Source: Schmidtea polychroa (Eukaryota). Taken from it: 64,000 nt of DNA. The notes beneath the pieces are model-generated. The model saw only the letters and a list, made by a program, of their open reading frames with translations. It was not told the DNA's origin and made no database searches. Both the position numbers and the translations under genes were made by a program. The stretch is from the NCBI GenBank assembly GCA_044892525.1, contig CM097885.1, positions 13,704,001 through 13,768,000 of the forward strand. The letters run 5' to 3'. Below, one piece after another: positions 62,796 through 64,000 of the stretch; positions within the stretch are counted from its first letter, which is position 1, and every line of letters begins with the position of its first letter.

Positions 62796-63423
62796 ATTAA
62801 ATTAGTTCATGATTAAAATTTGTAAAATTTTAATTGAAACTTAAATTATTTTAAGATATTAAAATTGAAATGATAATTGAAATTTTAAAATAAAATAATT
62901 TTTAATAAAATTGAAATTCAAGTATGAATGCGATGGTATGTTGATATTTGGTTGAAATTAAAATTTAGAAAATGTCCCAAGAATATTTGTTTATATAATC
63001 AGATTTAATGAAATATAATTTTGGATTTAATAGTCTTAGTAATTTATTTTGATGACAGAAGAATTAAATGTTATAGCTTCTAACAGAAGATATAGCCACT
63101 CTCCGATTAAATCTAAAAATATTATACAATTAACAAATACAAATTCTATAAACATAGAGTGTGATTGTATAACAGGTTCATACAATAATGGTAAACATGC
63201 AAATATTTTATATTCCTTTCCATCTGATATTGTTCGAGTTGGGTATAAAATGGTTGAAAGAATGAATCCTCCAAATTATTTACCTTTATGTCGGAAAAAC
63301 CTAATGGATATTAGTTTTAGAATTGTTGATGAAGACGGGAAGTTAATTGACTTTAACGGTGAAATGATTATAATGTATTTACATTTGAAACAAGTCTGAA
63401 AGTCATTCTTTAGTCTATAATAA

Positions 63424-64000
63424 ATGAATTATAATAAATTAGGATTATACAATGAAGGACTAAAAGATGAAGATGTTATAACCCTTACAGAAAAAAGATT
63501 TGTAAATGAAAAAGGAGATTCAATGAAGGGGGATTTAAATTTAAATACTCACAAGATAAAAGATTTAGGTCCTCCAATTGATGACTTTGATGCAACTAAT
63601 AAAAAATATGTAGATGAAAAGCTATCCAAGCTTAATAATATCGAACAACGATTAAATGAAGAAACTCAAAGGTTAACTGATACAATATCAATGTTAAAAA
63701 ATAAGACTTATGCATAAAAAACTTATGGATGATAGAATTAATACAATATATAATATAATAAATGAGATGATTGCATCATTTAATACAAGACTTGTTAAAT
63801 TAGAGTCTCATACAACACATGTTGATAAATCACACACTATTAGAAAAAGAGCTGCTGAATTAGAACAGAATAATACATTATTACCCCATACATATAAACA
63901 TTTTATAGAACCAAGTTTAATAACAACAAGTAGTAAAGAATGGTCTTGTTTTATGGTTGTAAAGATTATTGATCCTTATTTCCTTATATTTAATGATGAT
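63424..64000 (+). pseudogene. Fibre-like gene of E2, frameshifted near 63715, truncated by window end
   Basis: GDSMKGDLNLNTHKIKDL..DATNKKYVD; downstream HTIRKRAAELEQN..HFIEPSL continues in another frame and matches 2218-3228. Confidence 0.75.

Larger units (their letters stand above)
58025..63085 (+). mobile_element. Young Ty3/Gypsy LTR retrotransposon, 5061 bp (317-bp LTRs 58025-58341 and 62769-63085)
   Basis: TG...CA LTRs with only two differences seen by eye; TSD GAAGA; PBS TGGCGACCA; PPT AAAAGGGGGA. Confidence 0.97.
57602..63399 (+). pseudogene. Penton gene split by Gypsy insertion (57602-58024 + 63091-63399, 243 aa when rejoined)
   Basis: Removing the element and one GAAGA copy gives a continuous frame homologous to 3253-4017. 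Confidence 0.9.
52100..64000 (+). mobile_element. Polinton/adintovirus-like element E2 (same gene order as E1, opposite orientation), continues beyond window
   Basis: Order MCP-INT-ATPase-core-hypothetical-PRO-penton-fibre matches E1. Confidence 0.9.

Overview
AT-rich eukaryotic DNA made up almost entirely of mobile elements; the host cannot be identified from the sequence. (1) Two related, decaying Polinton/Maverick (adintovirus-like) endogenous viruses in opposite orientations: E1 at <1-11067 and E2 at ~52100->64000. Their shared gene set is major capsid, ZnF-PLA2-integrase, packaging ATPase, core-like protein, adenain protease, penton and a fibre-like protein; pPolB is visible only in E1. 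(2) A third AGTAGT-ended element (E3, 11742-27515, 6-bp TSD ACTTAT) whose only recognisable gene is a protein-primed PolB split by six short phase-1 GT-AG introns; it lies within a ~17-kb near-perfect inverted duplication (12259-20881 / 21109-29469) that also copied ~1.95 kb of its right flank. (3) Compact Ty3/Gypsy elements: a young copy inserted in the E2 penton gene, a decayed copy, a solo LTR and a 3' remnant. (4) piggyBac, hAT, mariner and Merlin relics. Non-coding highlights are two tandem A-box/B-box Pol III-type small-RNA units and a pseudoknot-capable structured region near the E1 terminus, plus a hammerhead-containing retrozyme-like unit at ~33.1-33.3 kb. All calls come from manual motif reading; no database searches were run.
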